Shown here: piece by piece, positions 17,011 through 27,040 of the stretch | How positions within the stretch are numbered: position 1 is the first letter of the stretch | How the letters are laid out: every line of letters starts with the position of its first letter | Assembly: GCA_964539475.1 (NCBI GenBank) | Contig: CAZIIR010000001.1 | Location: 2,869 to 66,868 of the forward strand | Reading direction: 5' to 3' | DNA: 64,000 nt | Source: an uncultured Candidatus Saccharibacteria bacterium | GTDB lineage: Bacteria > Patescibacteriota > Minisyncoccia > Phycocordibacterales > XYD1-FULL-46-19 | The notes under the pieces: generated by a model | The model's database searches: none | What the model was told of the DNA's origin: nothing | The model's input: the letters and a program-made list of their open reading frames with translations, nothing else | Translations under genes and position numbers: made by a program

Positions 17011-17310
17011 AACTACAGAGCAAAAAGTTAAAAGAGTTAAAGGTGAAATTCAAAAATTATTCCAAGAAAACGATTTAATTGGAGTTGCAATTATTGGATC
17101 AATTGAAGATTCTTTTATTCCTGATTCTGAAAGTGAAAAACAATTACAAGTTTTCCATTGTTTTATGGCTGAAACAAAATATAGTGGATTTAAATTAAAA
17201 GATGGATGGTATGAAGAAACAGAACAAAAATTAGCAAATAATACAAAAAGCTGTTTCTGTATTATGGGAAACCTTTTTGGTGCATTGCTTAATAAATTTC
17301 TTACTACATA

Positions 17311-17688
17311 ATGGAACCGCAACACAAACCAAAACGAACACTCAACTACAAAGAAAAAGTTGCTGCTGGTCTTGTTAAGGGTGGTCTTAAAAAGTTCTCT
17401 AAAAAAGGATTGGAAAGACACAAGAAAGAACAGTTGCAGCATAATAAAAATATTAAAGATGGTCAGGTTTTCTGTGTAGCATGTGGCTCTACTAATCACT
17501 TAGAGAAACATCATCCGTTTGGAAGATCAAAACCAGATATATTTGTTTATATATGCGGAGAATATGGATGCAAAATCCACAGATGGATACATGAAAATGT
17601 TAACGAAGCATATAAATTAGGATGGATTCAGCCTCTTTACAGGGGACTTCCAAACAATCCAAACTGGCCAAAACCATGGGAGACATAA
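17311..17688 (+). CDS. HNH-like nuclease
   Basis: CVACG...EKHH..GR...C...C..H.WIH. Confidence 0.65.
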   Translation: MEPQHKPKRTLNYKEKVAAGLVKGGLKKFSKKGLERHKKEQLQHNKNIKDGQVFCVACGSTNHLEKHHPFGRSKPDIFVYICGEYGCKIHRWIHENVNEAYKLGWIQPLYRGLPNNPNWPKPWET

Positions 17689-17931
17689 TATAATTATGGG
17701 ATATATACTATTTATAAAAAACAAAGAAACAGGTGAAATTCATTTTTTAACAAAAGATAATATTTTTGTTGCAAACCTGTCAGAAGAGTGTATAATGTCT
17801 TATTACGATGCTAACAAAAAGCATTCAAGTTTATCTAAAGTATCCTTTCAAAGCATGACAATTAAAAGTTTGATTGATCTACTGCCAAATTTGGCAGACC
17901 AAATAAAGTCACTTCTGTAATGTTAATCTTC

Positions 17932-18008
17932 ACGCCTATAGCTCAGCGGTTAGTAGCGGGGATCTCATAAATCCTAGGTCGTTGGTTCGACTCCAACTAG
18001 GCGCACCA
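17932..18008 (+). tRNA. tRNA with CAT anticodon (Met or Ile2), CCA encoded
   Basis: Acceptor ACGCCTA/TAGGCGC-ACCA; anticodon arm GGGAT-CTCATAA-ATCCT; T-arm GTTGG-TTCGACT-CCAAC. Confidence 0.92.
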
Positions 18009-18066
18009 ATTTCCATCATGTGATGGAACGTCAAAACAAAGCACAAAAACACGAAATAAATACATT

Positions 18067-19020
18067 ATGAACGCAGGGTTTAAAGCATTCAAAGAAAAAG
18101 CAAACGCAGGAGGTGGCAAATACCTTAAACCAAAAGATATAAAAGGCTCTCAAACATTCAGGATTATTCCATGGTTGTTTAAAAAAGCAATATCGCCTAT
18201 CTTGTTTTATTACGAAGGATGGGTAGAAGGAGAAACAAAGAAAGACAAACCTCACACAATCAGGTTTGAGATTAACTCTGATGGAGGTTATGATGCAGAT
18301 GAAGATATTACATGGGCAAAAGGAGATTATGGACTTCAAACTCCAAAACCTGCATTTGCTATGGTTGTTGCTGATTACGAAACAAATAGTGTTAGGGTTT
18401 TGTCAGGAACTCAGAAAACACTTATTGGACCATTATCAGAATTTCTTGATGATGAGTCTAAGTTGTTTATCAAGGACTGGAATGCTTATGAGATTATTAT
18501 TACAAAAGATGATAAGACTGATAAGTTTTCTATTACCCGTGAAAAACTAGATCAAGAAGATCGTAAATATCCAAAATGGATTATTGATGCACTTGAGGAT
18601 TTTGACTTCTCACTTGATGATTACATTCGTTGCGAGAAGACAGAAGAAGGAAAGGGAGATACTTATAAAGATGTTCTCAATGTAGTTGGTGATAAGCCTT
18701 CTCGCACCGAGAAACAGACTGAACAACCTAAAAAGAAAAAGACTGATGATGCAGAGCGTTCTCCGTCTGACAGCTTTGAAATTGTCCCTGATTGGGCTAA
18801 AGTTGTAACTCCAAATGGAGTAGTTCTTGGGCAAGCAACGGAAGAAAAACTCAAAGATATGAAATCTGTTCTTGACGGAAAAGCTAAATATGATAAGAGT
18901 CAACTTCTCTATCGCGCTATCTGCTCAGGTATTCTTGCTCACTCTAAAGAAGAAGGTGATCCAGAATTTGAACCAGAAGTAGGTGCAGATGGTTTTGCAG
19001 AAGACGACATTCCGTTTTGA
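18067..19020 (+). CDS. Single-stranded DNA-binding protein-like
   Basis: Acidic C-terminus ending DDIPF; located in the replication cluster. Confidence 0.6.
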   Translation: MNAGFKAFKEKANAGGGKYLKPKDIKGSQTFRIIPWLFKKAISPILFYYEGWVEGETKKDKPHTIRFEINSDGGYDADEDITWAKGDYGLQTPKPAFAMVVADYETNSVRVLSGTQKTLIGPLSEFLDDESKLFIKDWNAYEIIITKDDKTDKFSITREKLDQEDRKYPKWIIDALEDFDFSLDDYIRCEKTEEGKGDTYKDVLNVVGDKPSRTEKQTEQPKKKKTDDAERSPSDSFEIVPDWAKVVTPNGVVLGQATEEKLKDMKSVLDGKAKYDKSQLLYRAICSGILAHSKEEGDPEFEPEVGADGFAEDDIPF

Positions 19021-19113
19021 TAAATTTATTACAAATTTTGGTTGAATCCAATTGGCCTAAACCAAACGACAAGCACAAGAAAAACAAACACGAAAAAAGA
19101 TAAAATACAAAAT

Positions 19114-20610
19114 ATGAAGACTCCAGACATCATTAAGTATAGCGACGACGAAAACGGCGACATTCTTCAACAGGACCGCAGTGAGGTTATTAAGAATATT
19201 GTTAAGCAATATAAAGTCAAACCTGTTGAGGGTAAGCCAGCGACTGAGGTTGTTAAAGACCTTTTGACTATGGCTTTCCGCGCCAAGGATGAAGACATCG
19301 AGCTTCCAGAAGATATGGAGCACTTGCAGAAAGTTGCTGACTATTGTAAGGAACTTGCAAAAGGTCATCGCGACATCTGCGACAAGGAAGCAGAAGAGGA
19401 AAAGCAAAAGAAGGCACTTAAAGCTCAACAGAAGACTCTTGAAAAAGAGGCTAAGGAAAAAGAGGATAAGCAGTATATTGAGAACGCTGCTAAATTTGAG
19501 GAAATTCTTGCTCGCAAGATCAAGGCTTCCGAGGAAAAAGTTAGCGCAAATGTTGTTGCTGCTGTTAAGGCAATCAATCTTCCTAAAACCATTTCCGTAA
19601 CTGGAAACGGTATGGGTATCGTTCTTTCTGAGAGCGCATCCAAGGATGATATTGCTACAGCTACCGCCAGCATGATGAGTGCTGCGGAAGGCAATGGTCA
19701 GATGATGGGTGCTTTGCAGTTCCTTATCGGTGACATTGTTAATGCCTCTGTGGACAAGAAGGTTTTCCGCACCAAGGGCGACGCTTGCAAAAACGTCAAA
19801 TACCTTGTTGAAGAAAAGCTTAATAAAAAGTTTAGCGCAGGAGCTATTAATGCAAACAGTCTTATGGCTGAGCGTATTCCTCCGCAGTATCGTAAGATCG
19901 GTGTTCTGCCATCCGTGTATCTCGCAGCCTCTAAGGTTGTCGCTCCACGGATCAAGGAACTTTCCGAGAAGGACGCTTCGGCACTTGTTGTTAAGTTCGA
20001 CGAAGGTCGTAATAATATGATTAGCCTGATCAATGATGGAACTATCACTTCCATCAAGGATTGTAAGGAATATGAACTCAAGCTTAAGCAGGAAGCTGGA
20101 TTGAATATTTCTCAGCCGGGCGAAGCAGGAAGACAGATTCAACGCTTCCTTCGTCGCTTGTTCTGGGCTATATGGGCTAAGCGTAACCTTGTTGATCCAG
20201 AAACTGGTATCGCTAAGTTCCATGAGCGCGATTGTGATGAGAATGCTCCTGCTGTTGAATACACAGTTGGTCAGTTGACTGACATTGAAGAAGAAGCTCT
20301 GAATAACCTTCAGAATCTCTTCCTTGTTGGTGAAGATGTTCCATCCATTATCAAAGGTTACACTGAGGTTGTGGATGAGAAAACCAAGGCGGTTGCTCAG
20401 GTTCCTAATCTTCTGGACGATCCTTTTGAAGACCCAAAACCAAAGGATAAGAAAGAGGAAGATAAGAAGGACGAGGAGAAGAAGGAAGACAAACCAAAGA
20501 GCAAGTCTAAGCCTACTCCTGAGCCAGAAGAGGAAGAAGATGAGGATGAAGATGAAGATGAAGATGAGGATGAGGATGAAGATGAAGATGAGGATGATTC
20601 CGACATCTAA
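19114..20610 (+). CDS. Unknown protein with coiled-coil and long D/E tail
   Basis: Probable start 19114; strongly biased codon usage; C-terminal (ED)n. Confidence 0.75.
   Translation: MKTPDIIKYSDDENGDILQQDRSEVIKNIVKQYKVKPVEGKPATEVVKDLLTMAFRAKDEDIELPEDMEHLQKVADYCKELAKGHRDICDKEAEEEKQKKALKAQQKTLEKEAKEKEDKQYIENAAKFEEILARKIKASEEKVSANVVAAVKAINLPKTISVTGNGMGIVLSESASKDDIATATASMMSAAEGNGQMMGALQFLIGDIVNASVDKKVFRTKGDACKNVKYLVEEKLNKKFSAGAINANSLMAERIPPQYRKIGVLPSVYLAASKVVAPRIKELSEKDASALVVKFDEGRNNMISLINDGTITSIKDCKEYELKLKQEAGLNISQPGEAGRQIQRFLRRLFWAIWAKRNLVDPETGIAKFHERDCDENAPAVEYTVGQLTDIEEEALNNLQNLFLVGEDVPSIIKGYTEVVDEKTKAVAQVPNLLDDPFEDPKPKDKKEEDKKDEEKKEDKPKSKSKPTPEPEEEEDEDEDEDEDEDEDEDEDEDDSDI
20527..20598 (+). 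repeat. Coding (GAR GAT)n low-complexity repeat
   Basis: Encodes EEEEEDEDEDED... Confidence 0.85.
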
Positions 20611-20634
20611 TATTTAGATTAGAATAATCATCTG

Positions 20635-20669
20635 GCTACCATACAGTTCAAACCTGTATGGTAGCTTTT
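20635..20669 (+). terminator. Intrinsic terminator
   Basis: GCTACCATACAG/CTGTATGGTAGC followed by a T-run. Confidence 0.85.
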
Positions 20670-20675
20670 AACTTT

Positions 20676-21068
20676 ATGACACTTGCGATAGACCCTGGGC
20701 CTAAACTAAGCGGATTCGTATTAATTAACGAATCAGATGACTCTATTGTAAAATTTGGTAAGATTTCATTAAAAGAAATAAAATTATTACAGTCTCAGTT
20801 TAAGATAGACAGACTGATAATTGAAATAACAGACTTTCCTATAGCAATGGCTGGAGAGTCTTTTAGAGACACCAATATAATTATTGGTCGCATTATAGAG
20901 TTCTATAAATGCGCTTGTATTCAAATAGGTCGCAATGAGGCTAAAAACCACTTTGGATTAAAAAACGACAAAGCTGTAATTGCATTCTTAAAAAGGTTTG
21001 GTATAAAACTCAAACAAGATGCATGGCAAGCATATCTAATTTACCAATACTACAAAAGCATTGGATAG
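20676..21068 (+). CDS. RuvC-like Holliday junction resolvase
   Basis: LAIDPG...SG, LIIE, and DAWQA near the C-terminus (RNase H fold pattern). Confidence 0.7.
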   Translation: MTLAIDPGPKLSGFVLINESDDSIVKFGKISLKEIKLLQSQFKIDRLIIEITDFPIAMAGESFRDTNIIIGRIIEFYKCACIQIGRNEAKNHFGLKNDKAVIAFLKRFGIKLKQDAWQAYLIYQYYKSIG

Positions 21069-21239
21069 AAAACAAAACATGAAAGATATAAGAATAAGAA
21101 TTAGCAAAAGTGGAGAATGCTGGCTAATAATAAAAACACCAAATGGAAAAAGTGCAATGATTAGCCTTGGACAAAGAGGCGGTGAAGAAGATAATACAAT
21201 TGTAGGACAAACATTAAGAGAAGTTGCAGAAAAAGAATA

Positions 21240-22184
21240 ATGAAAACACTAATACTACATCACAGCGCAGACATGGATGGCATATTATCAGGTGTAATAG
21301 CTAAATACTATTGCAGGCACACAGCCAATCCTGGTGATCATATTATTACAGCAGGAGCAGATTATGGTGACAATCTTGATAAAACATATCAAGGATGGTC
21401 ACTTGATCAGTTCGATAAAATCTATGTAATTGATTTTTCAGATGACTGGTTATTTACAAACGAAGCGATTCGTAATAAAATTATTTGGATTGATCATCAT
21501 ATTAACGCAATTGAAAAGAATTACAATGTAGCAAAATATGTGTTAGATGGAGTTGCTGCATGTAGGCTTACTCAGCAATTCTTTGCTAATGTAAATTATG
21601 CATTCCTTACCGAGTATGATTACATTGAAAGAAAAGTTAATGAACCATTGTTGGTTGCATTGATTGGAGAGCATGATATTTGGGATGAGTCATCAGTGTT
21701 TGCCAGAAAACTAAACTTTGGTATCACAAATATCAAATTTGAAGCAATTGAATTTCTTCACGAAGAAACAAGGCATGTAATAGCAGGTAAGAAAAATGAT
21801 GAGAAAAATCTTCATCAAAGCGAAAGGCTTGTAAGGATTTGTGATGTTGGTGAAGGTGTTATTAACTACATTCAAAGAACATCATCAATCCTTGGAGGTG
21901 GTATTCCAATAAATATATTCGGACACAAAGGTATTGCGTTTAATACTCATATCAGAAGTTCACTTATTCATCGACTTAAGGATGATGAGGAGTTTATGAT
22001 GGTATGGAACGATACTGGAAAACCATTAATGAAATTATCATTCTATTCAGAAGAAAAAGTGGAAGCACTTAAATTCGCAAAATACTTCGGAGGAGGAGGG
22101 CACAAGAGAGCTTGTGGATGCCAAGTCGATTTCAACACACTAACACTTATTCTTAAAAACCACTACGCAAATATCAAACCATGA
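21240..22184 (+). CDS. DHH-family phosphoesterase (NrnB-like)
   Basis: HSADMDG, IDFS, WIDHH, GGGGHKRACG. Confidence 0.9.
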   Translation: MKTLILHHSADMDGILSGVIAKYYCRHTANPGDHIITAGADYGDNLDKTYQGWSLDQFDKIYVIDFSDDWLFTNEAIRNKIIWIDHHINAIEKNYNVAKYVLDGVAACRLTQQFFANVNYAFLTEYDYIERKVNEPLLVALIGEHDIWDESSVFARKLNFGITNIKFEAIEFLHEETRHVIAGKKNDEKNLHQSERLVRICDVGEGVINYIQRTSSILGGGIPINIFGHKGIAFNTHIRSSLIHRLKDDEEFMMVWNDTGKPLMKLSFYSEEKVEALKFAKYFGGGGHKRACGCQVDFNTLTLILKNHYANIKP

Positions 22185-22942
22185 GCGCAACATTCCTAGA
22201 ACTAAAACATCTGTCGGCAAGCACTATTAATGCATTTATTACAAACCGTCCAAAATGGTTTGCTAGTAAGTTTCTTGGGCTTGGATTTAATGGAAGTATT
22301 CATACTACCCGTGGTCATGCTGTAGAAGCTGGTATTGTTTCATGGTTGAAGCAAGGTGATATGACTCAGGCTATTAAAGATGCCATGGAGGAGTATGATA
22401 AAAAGATTGTAGGTATTGAAGACAACATTGAGTTTCGTCAAAGTGTTGGTCCTCTTGTCAAAGTTGGCATTGAAGGAACTGATGACTTTTCTGGATATGA
22501 AGAGTTCAAGACGAAGTATGGCAAGGCTAAGACACAAGAAAAAATCTCAGTTAATCTCGATGGCTGTAGTATTCCTGTCATTGGTTATCTCGACTTCTTG
22601 TATGGAAAGCGAATTATTGATAACAAGGTATCAGGAAAATCCCCATCATGTTTGAGCCAGGATTACATCTTGCAAGGTGCAATCTATAAGAAGGCTACAG
22701 GTCTTCCTGTGTCATTTATGTTCGAGATTGCTAATAAAAAACCTATTGTCAAAATCATTGAGCTTAGTGATGATGATTATAAGTTTGGTATCAATCTTGC
22801 AACCAAAGCTGCAATTGCTATCGAAAGGATTCTTGATAATCCAATTGACATGGATTTAATGAGGGCATTTATGTTCCCTGATCCTAGTGGTGGATATGGT
22901 GGAGATGAACAGAAAGAAGTTTGCAGACTACTAACTAAATAA
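22181..22942 (+). CDS. PD-(D/E)XK Cas4/RecB-like exonuclease
   Basis: HLSAS, RG.AVE, GYLDF, IIDNK, Q.AIY. Confidence 0.85.
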   Translation: MSATFLELKHLSASTINAFITNRPKWFASKFLGLGFNGSIHTTRGHAVEAGIVSWLKQGDMTQAIKDAMEEYDKKIVGIEDNIEFRQSVGPLVKVGIEGTDDFSGYEEFKTKYGKAKTQEKISVNLDGCSIPVIGYLDFLYGKRIIDNKVSGKSPSCLSQDYILQGAIYKKATGLPVSFMFEIANKKPIVKIIELSDDDYKFGINLATKAAIAIERILDNPIDMDLMRAFMFPDPSGGYGGDEQKEVCRLLTK

Positions 22943-22945
22943 ATT

Positions 22946-23635
22946 ATGAAACTAACTAAATACGATCTTAATTGGGTTTTAAGGCATGTTCCAAAAAACC
23001 TTATTACTATAATTGAAAAGACTCCTAATATTTTTATTGCAGGAGGTTTTATTCGATCATGTGTTGCAAATGAAAAAATCAATGATATTGATCTTTTTGT
23101 ATCCTCTAAAAAAGAAGGTGCTGCTCTTGCGTTTGAGTTAAATAATCATGAAATGCACAGCATTCATGAAACAGATAATGCGTTTACAATTACAAAATAT
23201 AAACCATCAATTCAAATTATTCATAGGTGGGTTTTTGACTGTCCTGAAAAACTAATAGAATCATTTGATTTTACTATTGCAAAATCAGTTGTATTTTATA
23301 AAGACGGTCAATGGGATTCTCTTTGTGATGAATCCTTTTATCCGGACTTGGCTGCTAAAAGACTTGTTTATACTTCACCTCAAAGAGAAGAAGAGGCGGG
23401 AGGATCAATGTTAAGAGTATTAAAGTTTTATCAAAATGGATATAGGATTCCGTTAGATTCACTATCATCTGTTATAACAAGGCTTATTAGTAAAATTGAT
23501 TTTAAATCTTGTAAAAGAGACAATCCAAAAGATACTGACTTTCAATTGTCTAAAGTTATATGTGGTCTTCTTAGGTCTGTTGATCCTAATGTTGATCCAA
23601 CACACGAAGCTCATCTTCCGTCTAAAGGTGAGTAA
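22946..23635 (+). CDS. Nucleotidyltransferase (CCA-adding/poly(A) polymerase head-like)
   Basis: IAGGFIRS...DIDLF, FDFTI, R.LKF...GY. Confidence 0.8.
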   Translation: MKLTKYDLNWVLRHVPKNLITIIEKTPNIFIAGGFIRSCVANEKINDIDLFVSSKKEGAALAFELNNHEMHSIHETDNAFTITKYKPSIQIIHRWVFDCPEKLIESFDFTIAKSVVFYKDGQWDSLCDESFYPDLAAKRLVYTSPQREEEAGGSMLRVLKFYQNGYRIPLDSLSSVITRLISKIDFKSCKRDNPKDTDFQLSKVICGLLRSVDPNVDPTHEAHLPSKGE

Positions 23636-23982
23636 AGAGCCGCCAGAGCATATAATAAATAGATTCCTGCTTAACAGACTTAATAATGTATGCACTCCTG
23701 ATAGATTCTGTTGTCAAATAAAAGATGGAAAGCTGTATGCTTATGTTGGAGGTAGTGATAAAATCATCTACAATCCAGCTACAGACACTCTTGATTTGCA
23801 ATATATTTATTACGGATACCTGCATCTTAAAAAGTCTAAGTTAAACAAGAAAATATTCAAGGATATTTTTGACATGCTTTCAAATGTCAAAATAGAAAAA
23901 ACTCCAGATCAGATTCTTAAAGAGAAATACGGAATTACATCAAAAAGAGTTAATGGAAAAATTAAAAAAGAAATAATGAAGT

Positions 23983-24546
23983 ATGAAGCACTTAAGCCCA
24001 AAAACATTCCATCCGATTAATAATAATATATTAGTTAAAAGGTTACAGCCAATGAGAGTTGGCAAGATTATTATTCCTGATCAGACTATTCAAAAGTCTT
24101 TCTATGCAGTAATAATTCGTGTTGGTGAAAAAGTAAAAGATACAGGACTTGTTCCTGATAAGATTATTTTTGTATGCCCAACATCAAGACACAATCAAAA
24201 GATTGATGAGTTTCATTGGATTATTAAAGAGCAAGATATTCATGCTATTCGTCATGGTGAAATTCTTAGACCATTCGGAAATAGAGTTTTCCTTAAGCGT
24301 CTTAATCAAGAAACAAAGATTGGTAGTATAATTATTCCAGACATGCACGAGACTGCCGACCAGTCCTTAATGGGAATATTTGTATTACGAGGAATTAAAA
24401 ACAATGAACCAATTGATATTCCATTAGTTGGTGGAGAGCATGTTAAAATCAATAAGTGGTCAATGGATATTGTTGAAATTGACGTTGATGGTGAGTATTT
24501 TTTATCAGTAAAAACATCACAGCTTGAATATGCTGAACATAATTAA
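23983..24546 (+). CDS. Tandem two-domain GroES-like co-chaperonin
   Basis: Two units: HPINNNILVKR...GKIIIPD...VIIRVG...KEQDIHA and RPFGNRVFLKR...GSIIIPD. Confidence 0.75.
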   Translation: MKHLSPKTFHPINNNILVKRLQPMRVGKIIIPDQTIQKSFYAVIIRVGEKVKDTGLVPDKIIFVCPTSRHNQKIDEFHWIIKEQDIHAIRHGEILRPFGNRVFLKRLNQETKIGSIIIPDMHETADQSLMGIFVLRGIKNNEPIDIPLVGGEHVKINKWSMDIVEIDVDGEYFLSVKTSQLEYAEHN

Positions 24547-25111
24547 ATCATTCTGTAGAGTAAGGCAGTTTCCAACTGACCTTGCTTTTTTGATTGGAGT
24601 TGAAGAGTCTTCACTTTTATATTATCTAATTCAAACATATGGCAATCTTAAGTTTGATGGCAATTATCCTAAGATATGGAAAGTAGATACTCTTTCTAAA
24701 CTTCAAGGCCGTGGATTGGTTACAATGATTGCTGATAATGTTTTTATTATCAATTACACAAAGCTGGACCAATTACTATGTCCGTCTGATTTACATATAG
24801 CTGTAATTCCAACATTTCACGATGAACGGTTTGTTGGGCTATGTGAAAAATGGCATCAGATTCTAAAAGAAAAGAATAGAACCAAAACTCTAAAGGAAAT
24901 ATATTTATTATTCAAAGGCAAAGCTCTTGAGGAATCAATAGAGGCATTGTCTAATTCAATTAACAATAGATGGGTAGGATTACACTTCAATGAATCTTCT
25001 AAAGATAATAAGACAGATAGAAGCAGCGGAAAGCCTGGGATTACAAGAGGAGGAGGAGAGCACAACAAAGGAGACGGAAAAGAATACAACACTACAAAGC
25101 GCATTGGATAA
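24530..25111 (+). CDS. Putative replication initiator
   Basis: Directly upstream of and overlapping a DnaC-like ATPase; C-terminal SI.N.W.GL motif typical of phage replisome organisers. Confidence 0.55.
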   Translation: MLNIIKSFCRVRQFPTDLAFLIGVEESSLLYYLIQTYGNLKFDGNYPKIWKVDTLSKLQGRGLVTMIADNVFIINYTKLDQLLCPSDLHIAVIPTFHDERFVGLCEKWHQILKEKNRTKTLKEIYLLFKGKALEESIEALSNSINNRWVGLHFNESSKDNKTDRSSGKPGITRGGGEHNKGDGKEYNTTKRIG

Positions 25112-25673
25112 TTTTGATTGGAAGTTCAAAACTCCAGATTCTGCTCTTAAGGAAATCAAAGCAGATGCTATAAGGTTTATAACAGACTTATACAACAAGG
25201 AGTATAAGTTTTTTACATTGTTAGGTCCGACCGAAAGAGGCAAGACTCTTTTGCTTAACGACATAATGAGGTTTATTAAAGAGAACTCATCACTGTTTAA
25301 GTTTCCTTATGCCAAAAAAACAGTAGAAGGAAGGTGTGATAAATTTATTATATATGGCACACTAAAGGAACTTGTTTCACAATGTCTTGGCAATCCAAAA
25401 AGATATGAAGAAATAAAAACATGTGGAATACTATTCATTGAAGAGTTCTATAACTTCAATGTAATCAATAACTACAATGCTATGGTTATTGAAATAGCAT
25501 TTGATATTCTCAACTCAAGGGATAAAAAAGCTGTTGTCATTGACAGTAATAAAATGATTAAAGAGATTGAGGAATTAGATGTTCGTATCTCATCAAGGCT
25601 CCATAGAAATAACTCAATTGTTATTGAGATTTCTGACAAGGTTCCAATGTATCTTAAGCGACCAAAAAAATAA
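24990..25673 (+). CDS. DnaC/IstB-like AAA+ ATPase (helicase loader)
   Basis: LLGPTERGKT, LFIEE, IDSN, RISSRL. Confidence 0.75.
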   Translation: MNLLKIIRQIEAAESLGLQEEEESTTKETEKNTTLQSALDNFDWKFKTPDSALKEIKADAIRFITDLYNKEYKFFTLLGPTERGKTLLLNDIMRFIKENSSLFKFPYAKKTVEGRCDKFIIYGTLKELVSQCLGNPKRYEEIKTCGILFIEEFYNFNVINNYNAMVIEIAFDILNSRDKKAVVIDSNKMIKEIEELDVRISSRLHRNNSIVIEISDKVPMYLKRPKK

Positions 25674-26330
25674 TGGCTACTCTACTACAAGGTAATAAAA
25701 TTATTGCTTCAAAAGATTTTGATATTAAATTTCATAGTGGAATAGTAAAAATATTAGAAGGTGAGCTTTACACTATTCAAAAAGTCTTTTCATTGGGTGT
25801 TGAATTGACTGTTAATGGTGAATTAGAATCTGTTATTTTCACATTAAAAGAACTACCTCAATTATGTTGGTTTCCATTAAAGGCAATTAACTATTTCGCT
25901 GACGCAATTGAAGTTGATGTTGGTAGATTTTATGATGATCAATCATTTCATATAAACAATCGAATAAAGGGATTACTAGCATGAGAATAGAAAAAGCTGG
26001 AATATTTTCACAAGGAAACAAAGTAAAACCAGTAAGAGATTTAGTTGAGTTTGAAAAAAGAATAAAAGAATCAATCTTCGATGAACAATATCCTCTCCGT
26101 GGTCAGGAGTATATTATTAACGAGTGTCACGATTATGCTCCTGTGCTATACACCACTGACGAGCGTGGAGAATATACAAACAACTTAGATGGTCGTAGGT
26201 TGATGCATTGCAGACCACACCTTCTTCAATTCAAAATAAAATTATTCGGATTTGAAATGAACTTAGACAAAGTTGGATTTGAGTTTATGTTCAGATCAAA
26301 TCTATTTGTTCCATATTGGTATAACCTTCC

Positions 26331-26759
26331 ATGAGCACTAATTTTATTATTACAGGCTATGACGAACATGATTGGCCTGAGTATAGGGATCAAGAAAATG
26401 GCAACTACCAACATAAATGCACTAAATGCAATGCCGACTTTATTGGTCCAAAGCATATGTATTTTTGCAGGATATGCTGGCATGTAATTAAAAACACATG
26501 CCCTAAATGCTACAAGTCACCACTTCGTGTATTAACATGGAAGTCCTGCGGAAATGATGGAAAAAGTCATCACTGTTGGGACTGTGATTTTGTCACATTC
26601 CCTCAAGGAATCACAAAAGATAACTGGAAAAAGTTAATGGCAGAAGAGGAAAAAAAGACCAAAATAAAAATATGCGCTAGGTGTAAACATGAGCACACAT
26701 CTAAAACAAAGTGTTGCGAAAAGTGTAAGAAATATATGAGAGATATGTATCGACTGTAA
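26331..26759 (+). CDS. Multi-zinc-finger protein
   Basis: Six CxxC pairs; ENGNYQHKC. Confidence 0.6.
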   Translation: MSTNFIITGYDEHDWPEYRDQENGNYQHKCTKCNADFIGPKHMYFCRICWHVIKNTCPKCYKSPLRVLTWKSCGNDGKSHHCWDCDFVTFPQGITKDNWKKLMAEEEKKTKIKICARCKHEHTSKTKCCEKCKKYMRDMYRL

Positions 26760-26761
26760 TA

Positions 26762-27040
26762 TTACAAGTTAATCCTCGCTCTATTCTTCGCCTTCGACTG
26801 GAGGCGAAGATTAGTAATTTTATTAGTGCCTCCAGTTGATATTGGTTTCTTGTGATCTACGTCCTTATTCTTCATCATAGCTGATGCGCGTTTAGGTCCG
26901 TATTTCTTGGTAAGAAACACCTCCATATCACGCCTAGCTTTATTTCGCTGCGACCTCTGCTTTATAGTTTTTTTATTATAAAGCTTGTCTTTTGTGTAGT
27001 CTCTTCCGGTTGACTTATTATGGACTCGTTTCTTCTTCAT
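26762..27040 (-). CDS. HNH endonuclease
   Basis: KDVDHKKPISTGG...NLR...NRA. Confidence 0.8.
   Translation of the reverse strand: MKKKRVHNKSTGRDYTKDKLYNKKTIKQRSQRNKARRDMEVFLTKKYGPKRASAMMKNKDVDHKKPISTGGTNKITNLRLQSKAKNRARINL

Noticed and set aside
17882-17897. Perfect 16-bp palindrome CTGCCAAATTTGGCAG upstream of the tRNA
   Set aside because: Single copy inside a coding 3' end; no second instance noticed to support an operator
19057-20223. 388-aa - strand ORF
   Set aside because: Antisense shadow of the 19114-20610 gene (F/L/S-rich mirror of K/E codons)
22181-22942. Cas4-like gene as part of a CRISPR system
   Set aside because: No cas1/cas2 or array; solo PD-(D/E)XK exonucleases are routine in phage recombination modules
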